This document shows, in pieces, positions 25,039-37,376 of a stretch of DNA of 64,000 nt; within the stretch, counting starts at the first letter, position 1; each line of letters opens with the position of its first letter. The notes under the pieces were generated by a model that saw only the letters and a list, made by a program, of their open reading frames with translations, searched no databases and was not told the origin of the DNA. Origin of the DNA: Perkinsus olseni (Eukaryota); contig JABANN010000019.1 in the NCBI GenBank assembly GCA_013115125.1, positions 62,001 to 126,000 on the forward strand. The letters run 5' to 3'. A program made the translations under genes and the position numbers.

Positions 25039-27464
25039 ATGTCTACTACCGAGGCAGCTGCGACCAAGCGACCCCCGTCTGAGGAGCCTTCGGAGGCCAC
25101 TTCGCCTAAGAAGCAGAAGACTACGACCACCGACCAAGCTACTACTGGTCCCGCTACTGCCGATGTACTATTCATGGCTTAATGAGTGATAATGCAGGGT
25201 CGTATTGTAGGGCTTAGTAGTTCTATCGCGTTCACGAGTCACGTAGATTTCCTTATGGCTTTGGTCGGTTGGGGTTCGAGGTTTGCGCGTTAGATGCGGC
25301 AGAAAGGATGTTGCCTTATGTCGAATTTACTATAGGGACGTATTGTGACAAGTCGGGGCTGAGTAATTTTCGTGCTGTGGTTCGTTTTGGGCGTGCGAGC
25401 GTTACAGTTTCGATGTCTTGCCTCTCACAACGCTATCTTCGTTCAGGTAAAACGCCAGGTCGAGTATTACTTCTCCGATGATAACCTACGACACGACGCC
25501 TTCTTTCATAGGAAGATCTCGGAGGACTCGGAGGTATCACCGTCATCAATCTGCAAATTGTCGGGTCATCTCACGCTTCTATTGGTTTCAGGGTTGGCTT
25601 CCAGCTGATCTTGTTCTCTCATGTAACAAGATGAAGCAGATGCACTGCACTGCTGAGAACATCGAGCAGGCTCTGTCGGAGGGTTCTAACCTCGAGCTCA
25701 AGAAAGAGAATGACAAATTGTAATACATCTACCACTGGCTTGGTCTGCTCTCTTCGACTCTGTACTTCGATTCACGCTCATTTGGTGAACTCTGTCGATG
25801 TAGGTTCATCCGCCGAACGACTCCTCTTCCGGCCTTGAGTGCTCCTAAGGGCAAGAAGGGCCAGGCAGGACGCTCTCAGCTTAAGAATGTGACCGTTCAC
25901 GATGGTGGTGTCGTCGTTGCGGTGAGGAATATTCCTGAGGAGGTAACTCGTCGGCTTCGAGTAAGCATCGAGCTGCACATGTGGATAAGTGCAGGTCGAG
26001 TGGCCCAACATCAAGAGAGCCTTGGAGGAGATTGTGAAGGAGAAGGCTAAGGATCCTGAGGGAAATGTGGTCACCTTCGCTACCACTGTTGACAGTAATA
26101 GTCACGGGGCATGTGGGCTAGGTGGGGTCTTAATAACAACGGGGATTTGACGAGGAGGAGAAGTTATCGGGTATCTTTCTCAGAGAAGAAGCGATCTTGT
26201 TACGTTCTTTTCAAGCCTTTCGATGATGACGTTCAGTTCTTCACCGACCTCAAGTTCAAGGTGGGCAATTTGATCGGCTGTCACAGACCGTTCACTCAAT
26301 GTCATCGCAGGTTACTCCCTTCGCTGATAAGGCTGCCGAGGTGGCCTCGGCTAAGGCCGAAGGTGAGAAGGCTGAAGAGAAAAAGGACGAGTCGGCCGCC
26401 CCTGCCGAAGAGGCTCCTAAGGAGTTCGAGCTTAAGACTGGCCCAGTATACGGCATCGAGCTGAAGGACGCCCTGAAGCGTCTCCCAGCTCATGTTCTCC
26501 GAAAGAGGGAGTCCCGAGCTAAGGTAGAGCGGTTGAAGCGCAACGTTTCTTCGCCCGCCCTTGACTCGGCCGTGCTTCCGTCGAATGCGCGATCGCTCCC
26601 CTCTTCTCCTAGTAGTAGTTGCTACTTCTATGAGGGCCTCACATTAGATGGGCAGCTCGAGGAGGCGATGAAGTGTAAAGTGAAGGGAAGCACACGGCGA
26701 TATCTGTCCTGATGATGGTATCGGTCGAGAGTTCTGTCATATACTCTCTGGTCGTGCCGCCACTGGACAGGTCATCGTAAGTGCTACTTTTTCCTTCGTT
26801 GTTTGTTTTCAAGATTGTTTATTATTATTACTGTTTGTCTTCTTGACTGTTGTTACTATACTATTGCGAATTAACTTCGTGTACATTTGTGATAATTATA
26901 CGCCGTACGTTGAGTAATCACCTCTGCTGCTTTGGCTAGGACCGTGCGCGATCCCGCAACAAGCCTATCATGCTTGGCACTCAGCGTTATAACAACGTCC
27001 AGACCGCGAATAACCGCGTGAGGGATGTGCTCAGGAGCCGCAAGGCTGGCCAGGAGCTCAAGCAGGTGACTACGCCATCCTTTTATAGGAGGCAGTGTGG
27101 CCAGGAGGGGATGGTGATTCGTTAGGGTACTCCTGATTACGAGCTCGTGGAAGCCGTTCTCAAGTTCCACCCCTCGGCTGAGCGGAAGCTTGCTGGTATG
27201 ACGGGCATCAAGGTCGACGTCAGCCCCTATGGAGGTAAGAAAACATTTACGTCGCGTAAATTTTTGGTCATATGTGGTTCCTGTTTGCAGAATCATGAGC
27301 CTGTGAATTTAGATACTCATTGCTTCTACGTTATGAGGGAGAATGGCGAGTCTGAGGACATCTCCGTGGTCAAGTGTTTCAATAACATGCAGCAGAATCC
27401 TCCTTACATCAATGAGGAAGACTCCGAGAAAAAGGAGGCTGCTCCTGCCGAGAAGTCCTCGTAG
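25039..27464 (+). CDS. La-motif + RRM + DUF3223 RNA-binding protein
   Basis: KRQVEYYFSDDNLRHDAFF..GWLPADLVLSCNKMK is a La motif, followed by an RRM-like region. The C-terminal VLKFHPSAERKLAGMTGIKVD..HCFYVMRENGESEDISVVKC is DUF3223/DeCL-like. Confidence 0.88.
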
Positions 27465-27688
27465 GAAGTTATGCTGACTGAGCGGATAGTGTTACCGGTA
27501 TCGGTTTACCTGAATGATTTACCCATCCTCTTTACCAAGTAATTCCGGTTACTCGTCGAGTCTCTTGTCTCTAAGGGTGTCGGTTACTCTTCTATACGTA
27601 CTTCTCTGTCTAACGCAGGCTTTGGTTTGGTCACATTCATGTGGGGATTGGGGATTTTCATTGTCCAGACAAGTGGTACATTGTTTCA

Positions 27689-29452
27689 ATGAAACTCCAA
27701 TCCTACAATCCTCACGTGAAAACACAGGGCGCTATCACGACTCTACAGCAGATGTCGAGAACGCCGATAACAGGACAGCTGCTGGTCAAGGGAGGCATGG
27801 CTGCTGTGGTTGGTAGGGAAGGGGACTCCCCTTGGGTTTCGACAGCTTTACGCCGGGAAATCTCATTGTCTTCCCCTGTTCGACGATAGTAAACACAATC
27901 CATCACTAAATGTGTGCTTGGAGCACTTGAGAGTGGGAGGTCGTCGGATGTTACTTGACATCATCAGGTGCCGTGCTTGGTATAATCATCTCACTGGTGG
28001 TCAATTGTACCCTGGTAGAGATCTCGATGTCGGCATTCTTCGCCCTCTATTTTGGACTACTTTTCATATCCGTGGGATGCGTTATACTATGGCGTATATC
28101 CACTCAAGCTCAGATGGTAGTAAGACGCAGACTGGCAGTCTGAGACTGCTATCACTCACCCTCGAGAGCATGAACCGTCTAATAGCCCTCCTGAGGCGTT
28201 CGGAGTGAGCCGCTCCTCAGTTTTGGCCCTCGGAGATTTCCTGACCGCTGTACCTTCGTCCCTTAGCGAAGTTTGCATGTCGTGTGTACTGGAGTGTACT
28301 TTCCATGCCCTTTCGTAGGTGAGCACTCCCGAAGAAACTGCTAGGAAGAAGCAGTTACAGCTCTTCGCCTCCCTCATAGTTGTCAGTGGCTTCTTGTGCT
28401 TCATTCTTGAGAAGAACTGGTTTGTCGGAATGTCGCCAGTTTTGAAGATTCCTCTGTGAGTGGCCACCGTACACTCAGGATGCCGTTCGCCTGTATGACG
28501 CCGTATTACCATGTCAACGTGGGCTATCTCAGATACTCCATTCTTGGTGTATCGGTATCTTTCGCTCTCACTTTTTCTGTCGTGGACATGATCAATTACC
28601 TATTGGGATTCTTACAAGTTGTCGTGGCACGACCGTTGGTGGAGAGTACCAGCCAGGTTTATTTGGTAAGGCTGTGATTTCAACTGAATAGGATTTTGTA
28701 GTGCATCACAGGTCCTCTTTGTTGCTCTGTTGATGGGGGGCACTTTCGGCTTCATATTCGGGGTCATGGATGTTGAGGACGAAGTTCAGTATCAGGTAGA
28801 GGCGTGGTCATCGCCCGACGTCGGCAGCTTTTGTGACACGTGATGTCAAGGTTCGTCTGGCTCTGCTACGTGAAGAGCATTTTTGCTATCCGATTGGCGC
28901 ACTTTTGGGGGCAGTTGGCGGTTTCGGAAATGAGTAAGGTGGTGGTGTGGCTCGATTGGCGTCCTGGGTCGGGTGCGAGTTCGACTGGAGAGCGCGGCCA
29001 TACGAATGAGCCAATAATCCCAAAGGCTATGGCTACCGCAGTTTCTCTCGATCTTGCACGGCGTAAGAAATCCTGGTTGATACTGTAACCGTCTGATACG
29101 TCCTGATCTTTCCGTAGCATATTGAGGGTAGGGGTGTTATCGTAAGTCGATGAGTTTTCACGTTGGTAGAAAGCCAACTACTACACAGCACACGGGATTC
29201 GCCGCGTACTAAAATCATCCAGCTGTCCTGATCGTCGTCCCGGCTGGGTTGACATGGATTCGGTTCCTAGTAGCTCTTCGCTCTAGCGCAGTAGCCAGCT
29301 CCGTAGCTCTCTTTGCATCACTCTACGTAGCGTGCATTGTGTCCTGCAGGGAGTGGTGAATTGATGATGTCACTATCATGCGAAGGTACCTACGCCAGCA
29401 AAGTGACGAATATACCGCCCTGCAGAATACGGAGTTCGACGATGACATTTGA
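27689..29452 (+). CDS. Multi-pass membrane protein of unknown function
   Basis: About 7 hydrophobic segments across short-intron exons (GAVLGIIISLVVNCTLVEIS, YSILGVSVSFALTFSVVDMIN, LLMGGTFGFIFGVMDVEDE, CYPIGALLGAVGGFGNE). The final exon YLRQQSDEY...EFDDDI ends at TGA 29452, after a 452-nt intron. Confidence 0.75.
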
Positions 29453-29672
29453 GACGGTGGACGAGTGCAAGAGCCCGATCATCGTCACATCGTAGTGGTA
29501 GTACTATAGTTGACATGTGTATGGTAGTGATTGTCTATGAGTTGCTCGAGCCTTGAGTTATCGTCCCTTATCCCGCTGCTCTCTTCCGTTGTGATGGGCT
29601 CTCTATCACATGCGACCGACTGCGACGGTCCGAGCGACTGCTCCCAATAGTATTTCATTCGCTCCGTTGATA

Positions 29673-31150
29673 ATGTCTAACCCTCCCACATCCTGTATAG
29701 CCGACAAGCAGTTGGGGGCTGACATGGACGAGTACAAGCTTGTTGTCATAAAGGTCGGTACCTCCACTCTAATGAAGCCCTGCCAGACCGTGGACATGGC
29801 CAATATGGGCGGCCTCGTAGACCTGGTTGCGAGTATACAAAACATCCCTCATCATAATCACAGAGTCATTATCGTAACATCTGCAGCCGTAGGCTTCGGA
29901 TGCCTCAAGCTTGATCTCCCGGCTCGTCCTGATGCTGACGATTTGTCGCTCAAACAAGCCGCAGCGGCGGTTGGGCAATCGTATCTTATAAGACTCTATG
30001 AGGACTTCTTCAGCGTCCATAATCTTCGCTGTGCGCAAATGCTGCTTTCAAGGCCCGACTTCGCGGCCAAGGACCGATATCGGAATTTCCGAAACGCGAT
30101 TTTCCGCCTACTCGATCTCGGAGTAGTACCCATCATCAACGAGAACGATTGTATCTGCGTGGACGAACTTCGCTTTGGGGAGAATGACACTCTATCGGCA
30201 CTGGTCGCCGTTAGCTGCAATGCGGATAAGCTCTTCCTGTTGACCGATGTGGACTGCCTGTTTGATAAGAACCCTCATGAGTTCTCCGACGCCAAACCGA
30301 TTAGGGAGCTCAGTAGTATTGAGCTGGCTAAGCTGGATGTGGATGTTGCTGGGGATAGCCAATGGGGTAATAAGTCTGAGCGCCCTGTTTCCGAACCAAG
30401 AACGCCTCGGACCTGAGGATGCTCCCTGACAGTTCGCATCCCAATGTCAGGATCGGGAGGAATGGAGACGAAATTGATGGCAGCACGTACTGCGGTATCC
30501 GCGGGTATCGAATGCATTTTGACTCACGGGGCCAAACCTGAAAAGGTAGTCGAAGCGGAGTTACTGATGGTTAGCCTCTCCTTAGGTTCTCGAGTATCTG
30601 ACCGACTCTGCGTCGGACTCGCTGATGACTATATTTAGAGTGTCCCCTGACAGCATGAGATTTGGAGTGTCGGAGATGACTTGGCGGCGAAGGTGGATTT
30701 TGGCCCTCCCGCTCAAGGGCACAGTGACGCTCACCGCAGTGGGTGCTAATTCGATAAGAAATAAACGCCCCCTGCTGGCGACTGGTAGTCACGCGGGCGG
30801 CTCATACGGAACTATTTGACCGATCCGTCGGGCATAGGTATTTGTGCCGTGTCGGGCGTGTTCCACCGTGACGAGGGAGTGTCCCTCCTTGATGAGGAAA
30901 CTGGCGAGGAAATAGCGCGCGCCCTGATGAATATGAAGAGTGTCGAGATTGAGAAGGTGAAGGGGTATTCAGCGAACAAGTAGGGCATTTGGGGCGTGAA
31001 ATCCTGAGACGGTTGTCCGCTAGGTTCCAGAAAATACTAGGTTATCCTGTCACTTCCGAAGTGGCCTTCCGAGAGAATATCATATTAACGACCGGGGCCC
31101 TAGCAGCGCTGGACAGTGATCAGGATGAGGACGAAGATGACGATGATTGA
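29673..31150 (+). CDS. proB: Glutamate 5-kinase with PUA domain, copy 1
   Basis: VIKVGTSTL, IIVTSAAVGFG, KQAAAAVGQ, PIINEND, LFLLTDVD, GSGGMETKL, and PUA-like exons. Ends in an acidic tail and TGA 31150. Confidence 0.95.
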
Positions 31151-31443
31151 CCACACGTTGGGAAGTCAAGATTGTTCAATATCGAAATTAGGAGTCGTAC
31201 GGTTCTCTTTTTGGTCAGACCTCAGTAGGTTACTGGGAGGCCGTGACCAACATTATTTGTTACGTAGTGATAGCGTTCGTGATTACCCGTACATGGAACC
31301 CCGTTTCCAAGCCCGTGCTCCTTGCGTTGCGACAGTGGTTGCTCTCTGGCTGATCGGGCATGCGCCAGTCACTACGGATAGCTAGTACGTCCCTTCTCTG
31401 TAGGAATTATTAGGGGGTGAAGCCCAGTTTACCTCGGTGAGCC

Positions 31444-32939
31444 ATGTCCGGAACTGGTCATGAACACGGGGCACATCATAACCATCATGGTGAGGAAGAA
31501 GAGAAGAGACACTTGATCGTGCTGAAAGTCGGCACTTCGACTCTGATGAAGCCCTGCCACACGGTTAATATGGCCAATATGGGCGGCCTAGTAGATCTAG
31601 TAGCCAGCATCAGGAGACTGCCTGGTTATCAAGTCATCATAGTCACGTCCGCTGCAGTCGGGTTTGGTTGTCTGAAGTTGAACTTGGAGAACCGTCCCAC
31701 ATCTGATCAGCTCTCGTTGAAGCAGGCCGTGGCAGCTGCTGGTCAGTCTCATCTGATACGACTCTACGAGGATCTCTTCAATGCCTACAATCTAAAGGTC
31801 GCGCAAATCTTGCTGTCGAGGTCCGACTTTTCCGCGAAAGACCGCTTCAGAAACTTCCGAAACGCAACCAACGAGCTCCTTAAGATGGCAGTCATTCCGA
31901 TAATAAACGAGAACGATTGCATATGCGTGGATGAGCTTCGATTCGGCGACAACGACACTCTATCGGCGCTAGTGGCCGTCAGCTGTAATGCGGATAAGCT
32001 CTTCCTATTGACCGATGTGGACTGCCTGTTTGATAAGAATCCTCATGAATTCCCCGACGCCAAACCGATAAGGGAGCTCAGTAGTATTGAACTGGCTAAG
32101 CTGGATGTGGATGTTGCTGGAGATAGCGAATGGGGTAATGGGGAGGGGCATCCTAGAGAACCGCTCTTATCTTGTCATCCATGCGTGCTCCTTCTCAGGG
32201 ACTGGCGGTATGGCCACCAAACTAGTAGCAGCTAGGACAGCAGTCGCTGCTGGAATAGAGTGTATCCTCACGCATGGCGCGAAGCCCGATAAGGTAGTAT
32301 GCCGCTTATCCCCGTAGTGCGGCGGCTATGAGTGACTATCCTCAGGTATTGAGATATCTGCGAGACGGATCAGAGAATGAGCTGATGACGGTCTTCAGAG
32401 TGGCCCCAGATGATATGCAGTTTGCGGTATCCAAGATGACGTGGAGGCGACGCTGGATGCTGGCCCTACAGACTAGGGGGACTATCAAACTCGACTCGGG
32501 GGCTGCTGATGCGATAAGGAAGAAGAAGAGCCTCTTCGCGGCCGGTAGAGACGTAGTGGCAGGGCGGTTCCCGGCTAATTGTGTTTTTTCAGGCATCACG
32601 GAGGTTACGGGAAGCTTTCACCGAGATGACTGTGTATCCCTGGTAGACGCCGAGACTGGCGAGGAAATAGCGCGCGCTCTCGTCAATCTTCGAGATTTCG
32701 AAGTCAAGAAAATCATGGGCCATCGATCTTCCGAGTGAGAACGTTAGCAGTCTTCTCGCCAACTGTCAGCTTTGTGATAACGCAGGTACAGAGAAGTCTT
32801 AGGCTGCGTTGTTGCTCCAGAAGTTGCGTATCGCGAAAATATTATTCTCACCACGGGAGCTCTCGCAGTTCTTGACAGCGAGCCGGAAGATTCCGACCAA
32901 CCGTCCACTCCGGAAGAATCTTCCCCGAAACAGCGCTGA
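31444..32939 (+). CDS. proB: Glutamate 5-kinase with PUA domain, copy 2 (His-rich N-terminus)
   Basis: VLKVGTSTL, PIINEND, FGDNDTLSALVA, GTGGMATKL, and PUA KKSLFAAGITEVTGSFHRDDCV. Same intron positions as copy 1. TGA 32939. Confidence 0.95.
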
Positions 32940-33295
32940 GGCTCTCCTACACGACGCGTTCCTAGCTGCTAGACTGTTCAGTTGATTTCACATAATCGGA
33001 TACATTCTGTCCGTCTCAGAGTAATGGTATCCTGCGGCCGCGTTACGAGTCGTAAGGGCTTGGAAGAATCTTCAGCATGGAACGTATGCTCGATATCCTG
33101 CACCGCGATGAAGGACTGCCATAGGGTGGAAAGGGGGTTTCTGTTCGTGGAAGTTTGTCCGAGGGGCAACACTGGCGCTTCTGTTCAGCGACTACTCTCC
33201 CTAGTCGCAGTGTGTGTTGTCACTTGAGACGAGTGGTGCCGTCTCATCCGCAGCGACTATTGCCGGTTACTTGCCGTTCTCATCGCCCTCTCCGC

Positions 33296-36200
33296 ATGTC
33301 TAGCGCGTCTCCGGGAAAGCAGGAGGGCGAGATCGCAGCTCTAACTCGGGATGTCGTGGACAGCATTTGCGCAGCTCAAGTCGTGACGAGCCTGAGCCAA
33401 TGCGTCAAGGAGCTGCTGGAGAATTCGTTAGACGCTGTATGTAATACGGGTGGCTCACAGGCCAGACGGTCACCTGCCGTGCCTGCCTTCACTGTGAAGT
33501 ATAAAGTCTGCCGTCCAGTTGTCGCGAAAAAAAACTGTATAAGAGTCCGCGTGTGGACCAATAGCTCAATAGCTGGTACAAAGTGTTACGCAATTGACAT
33601 TTCTCAAACACTCTTCTACGCCGGTATTTCCATGATTTACTTTCGTTTCGCAGGGTGCCAGCAGCATTACTATAACCCTCGTTAACAACGGAATTGATAT
33701 GATATCAGTATCGGATGATGGATGCGGGGTATCTGAGGAGAATTGGTCTACCCTGTGCCGATGGCATGCGACCAGCAAGGTCGATACTCTCGATGGCCGG
33801 ACAGATGATCTCCGGTTGGGCTACAGTGACTTTGGCTTCCGAGGAGAGGCGTTGGCGGCGATGTGCGGCCTTAGCAATGGGGGAGTCATCGTTCTCACTC
33901 GGACAGGGGACTCGCAACTCGGACTTGGAAGGGTGCTGGTGTATGACAAAACAGGTCGCCTTGCCAGTAGTGACGGTGAAGCTGCGCGGGGAGTTGGTAC
34001 CACTGTCACTGTACGGGGACTGTTCAAAGGCCTTCCGGTGAGACTCAGGGAGTTCGAGAGGAGTGCTAAGAAGCAAGTCACGGCAACCGTAGAGCTCATA
34101 CAGGCTTACGCTGTTATACGGCATGATGTCGCTTTCCGTCTGTCATGCGACGGCCGTTCTTTACTCGCTACGAATGCCGAGAGCGATATGGACACAGCGA
34201 TACGGAAAGTGTGCTGTCTATCCCCGGCGGAGCTCCTAGGCATGACCCGCATCGAGTTGAATGGGGAGGATAGTAGGTGGACTCTGAAGGCCTGGCTCTC
34301 CCCTCCGACTAGCGTCGTTCGCCCTGGTGTGGTACATGCCCAGTGGCTCTATGTAGGAGGGCGTCCGGTGGACATGCCAGTGAGAGTGAGTAGGACCATC
34401 AACCAACTGTACAAGAGGTTCCAGACGACCCTGGCGTTAGAGAGAAAGAGCGGCCGTACTTGGATAGCTGTATTATCGGTTGAGCTCGGAGATGATGTGG
34501 ACGCGGCTGATGTGAACTCGTCGAAGGATAAGAGAGCAGTCATACTGGATTTCGAGGCCGAGCTGTGTGATAAGATCACCGAGAGGGTCGAGGAAGACTG
34601 GTCCAGTGCTTCCAGCCAAACCGCTGTTCAAGTGGGAAGCAGCTGTAAACAGCAGAGGAGGCTAGACGATTGGCTGAGGAAAGACGATAGTATCATGGTC
34701 AAGGCACCAACTAAGAAAGAGGAACAGTGTGCTCGAACGCAGCGACAGGAACAATGGACTCCGCGAAGTGCAGGGCGACCCGAGGTGCCCGCTCCGAGAA
34801 AAAGCATCATCACCCCGCCAGCTAGGCACTCTGATTGCCCTCCAGTGGGGGATTTGATCCGGGTCAGTGTGCCTCCAAGCACTCAGCTTCGGAAACGCCG
34901 GGACAGTCTGGATACACCACGGAAGGAGCCTCGACATGAGACCGACTCGCCGGCCTCGGCGTTGCTGGTACGGACTGTACAGGACGTGCTGGCTGAGAGC
35001 GCAAGGAAGTCTCGAAATTCAGAGATAAGGGACACCACTCAGTCCGAGATCGCCAGTGAGCCGTGCGAAGAAGAGGAGAGCCCTGTGGAGGTACCAGCCT
35101 CGATAGCGGACGACTCTCATCGAGAAACAGTTGGCAGCGGAGATTCGCGAACGATATCGTCTTCATTGAGCGATGATAGATTAACAGCGGATATTACTAC
35201 GCAGCTTCGATCTCGAGCGGGTGATTCATTCGCTCCTTCGGAGAGCTCTGGTGTCACCGAGTCTTCTGCAGCGGAAATTCAGGAGCAAATGGAGGACGCA
35301 GCTTCCGATGTTGGTGATTTCAAAGTTGGGGACGGCGCTGGGGAACTGATCAGCGCGTCGCGGAAGCGGCAGAGAGAAGAGAGCCCTGAGAGCATTGGAC
35401 GGAAATTGATGAAAGTTTCGACCCCACCGGACGACCAAGCCGGGGATGAATTTGACCAGGGCTTCAATGCCACATTCCACGTGAAGCTAGGGAAGAAGCA
35501 CTTTGAGGCTATGCGGGTGATTGGGCAGTTCAACAAAGGGTTTATCATAACAGTTCTCGAGGGTCGATGGCTATTCATATTGGATCAGCATGCCTGTGAC
35601 GAGAAGACCATATTCGAGACCCTCAACAGAACGTCAGAACTGAAGTCTCAGCCTATGGTTGTTCCGGTGAGGCTCAGCCTGCCGCCCCCTATTGAGTCGT
35701 GTATCAGGAGCTCACGGAAAGAGATAGAAGTGAGTGGGAGCCGACAGTCGTGCTCGGTCATGGCGCTTTTCTATTGCGCTTCTGATACGCCTTCCCGGCG
35801 ATCCCTGAGTAAAGTGAACCCGTTGGCAGCTCCACTTTTCCAGGCGTGTGGGTTCCGTTTCAACTTCGACGATGAAGCCCCTATCGGCTCCCGGGTTCAG
35901 CTGACGTCCCTTGGCGTAGCCTCCGGCTTGGGATTCGAGAGGAGTCGGCCTCTCACCAAAGAGGACTTCGTCGACCTAGCGAGCCTTTTACTCGATCGAG
36001 GAGCGACAGGTCGGCCCGACGACGAAGGTGGGGACCGAACGCAGTCGGTCGTCATTTCGTCACTCACGCCATTCTACTGCCAGCCCCATCAGCCTCGCTG
36101 TTCTGGTCATCATCCCTCGGTCACTGTCTGCGACCTCCTCGCGTATGGTCGATGCTGGCTTCTCGAGCGTGCAGGACAGCCATAATGATAGGGGACTCAC

Positions 36201-36435
36201 TGGGTCGTAAGAAAATGGAGGGAGTAGTGCGGAAGATGGCTGGTGAGCCGGCATGAAGTCTTCGCTAGCTCTGCATGGGTGAGTATCTACAGGCCTTAAC
36301 CAGCCGTGGAACTGTCCACATGGCCGGCCCACCATGCGTTTGCTTGCAAAGCTCTCTGCTTGCGGCAGAGGGAAGGACACAGTAATTCAAGAATATGCAG
36401 CTGAGCCATTTGATAATTTACTTGAACGTTTGTAA
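33296..36435 (+). CDS. PMS2: MutL-family mismatch repair endonuclease (PMS2 / yeast Pms1 type)
   Basis: VKELLENSLDAG, VSDDGCG, FGFRGEAL and GTTVTV (GHKL ATPase). DQHACDEKTIFE is the DQHA(X)2E(X)4E endonuclease motif, followed by ASRACRTAIMIG and PWNCPHGRPT. Confidence 0.95.
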
Positions 36436-36519
36436 CTTGCGATGAGTTGATGCTTGAGTTCTCCTCTCGCTGGCCGGATTCGAGTATCCTCCCATCAGTT
36501 TTGTCGGAATCCTCAGGGA

Positions 36520-37189
36520 ATGTCTGTCCCTGGCCGATCGACTACACGAGGAAGCGGGGTGCCGTACGGCTCTCCAGTGTCGTCGGCCTCATCCCCTCCA
36601 GGGGCTGCTATCGGTGACCTTGGGCCCTCTCCCTCTACTCGGGCGATTTTGAATCCTCAGGAGGGAGTTGTGGTTAAAGGTGACATGGCCATCATAGCAA
36701 TTTGCAAGTGAGTCTCTAAAGCGGTCGTTTCGAACATTCACTTGCATGCCTCAGACATTTGAACGGCATGGCTGGTTCCAAGGGGGGCTTCATATTGAGG
36801 GAGCTCGACGACAACACTTTGTTTTGCAAGACTTCTGTGCGTGGAGCGGCGGATTATTTCTAAACGACGTCTTGCATTACCAGGTTCAAGATTGGCTGCG
36901 TATGGATGTTTCTAAGGAGCTCAGCAAGCTGCTCAGTTTGGGGGAAGACAGTCCGGCTGACGGGCGCTCACCGGTAGTTCTACGGAGAGTTTTTACGGCG
37001 ACGGAAAGGGCCTGAGAAGCTCCCGGTTGATTTTCTCGCCTTTGGCAGGACGACAATTGGGGTTTTGGGGCCACACCTCCCGACAGCAGTGTTGATGGCG
37101 GGAGTTCATCGAGGAGAGCAGGTTCGAAGAAGAGAGGCCGGCGTACAGGCACTAGCGTCTCGACAAGCAAACGAACCAAAAAATGGTGA
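36520..37189 (+). CDS. Small hypothetical protein with a basic C-terminus, 3 exons
   Basis: MSVPGRSTTRG...IIAICK | FERHGWFQGGLHIEG... | DDNWGFG...KRTKKW-TGA, joined at GT-AG sites. Confidence 0.5.
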
Positions 37190-37376
37190 CCCGTGTCTCA
37201 AGCTTTCATCGTGTCCTTGAGTTGCTGACGAGTTTCTACCCCGTGTTTCAGCTCAGTCGTGATTTGAGACTATCAAGGCTCAGCAGTGCCGACCGATAGC
37301 ATATGACTGCAACGACGCAACACTAGTACAACAGTGAAATATCGTACTGCGGTGATAGAGTTCATTGCAATCACGT

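Noticed and set aside
29146-29180. GATGAG...GAAAG resembling a hammerhead ribozyme core
   Set aside because: It lacks CUGANGA and the GAAA after stem II.
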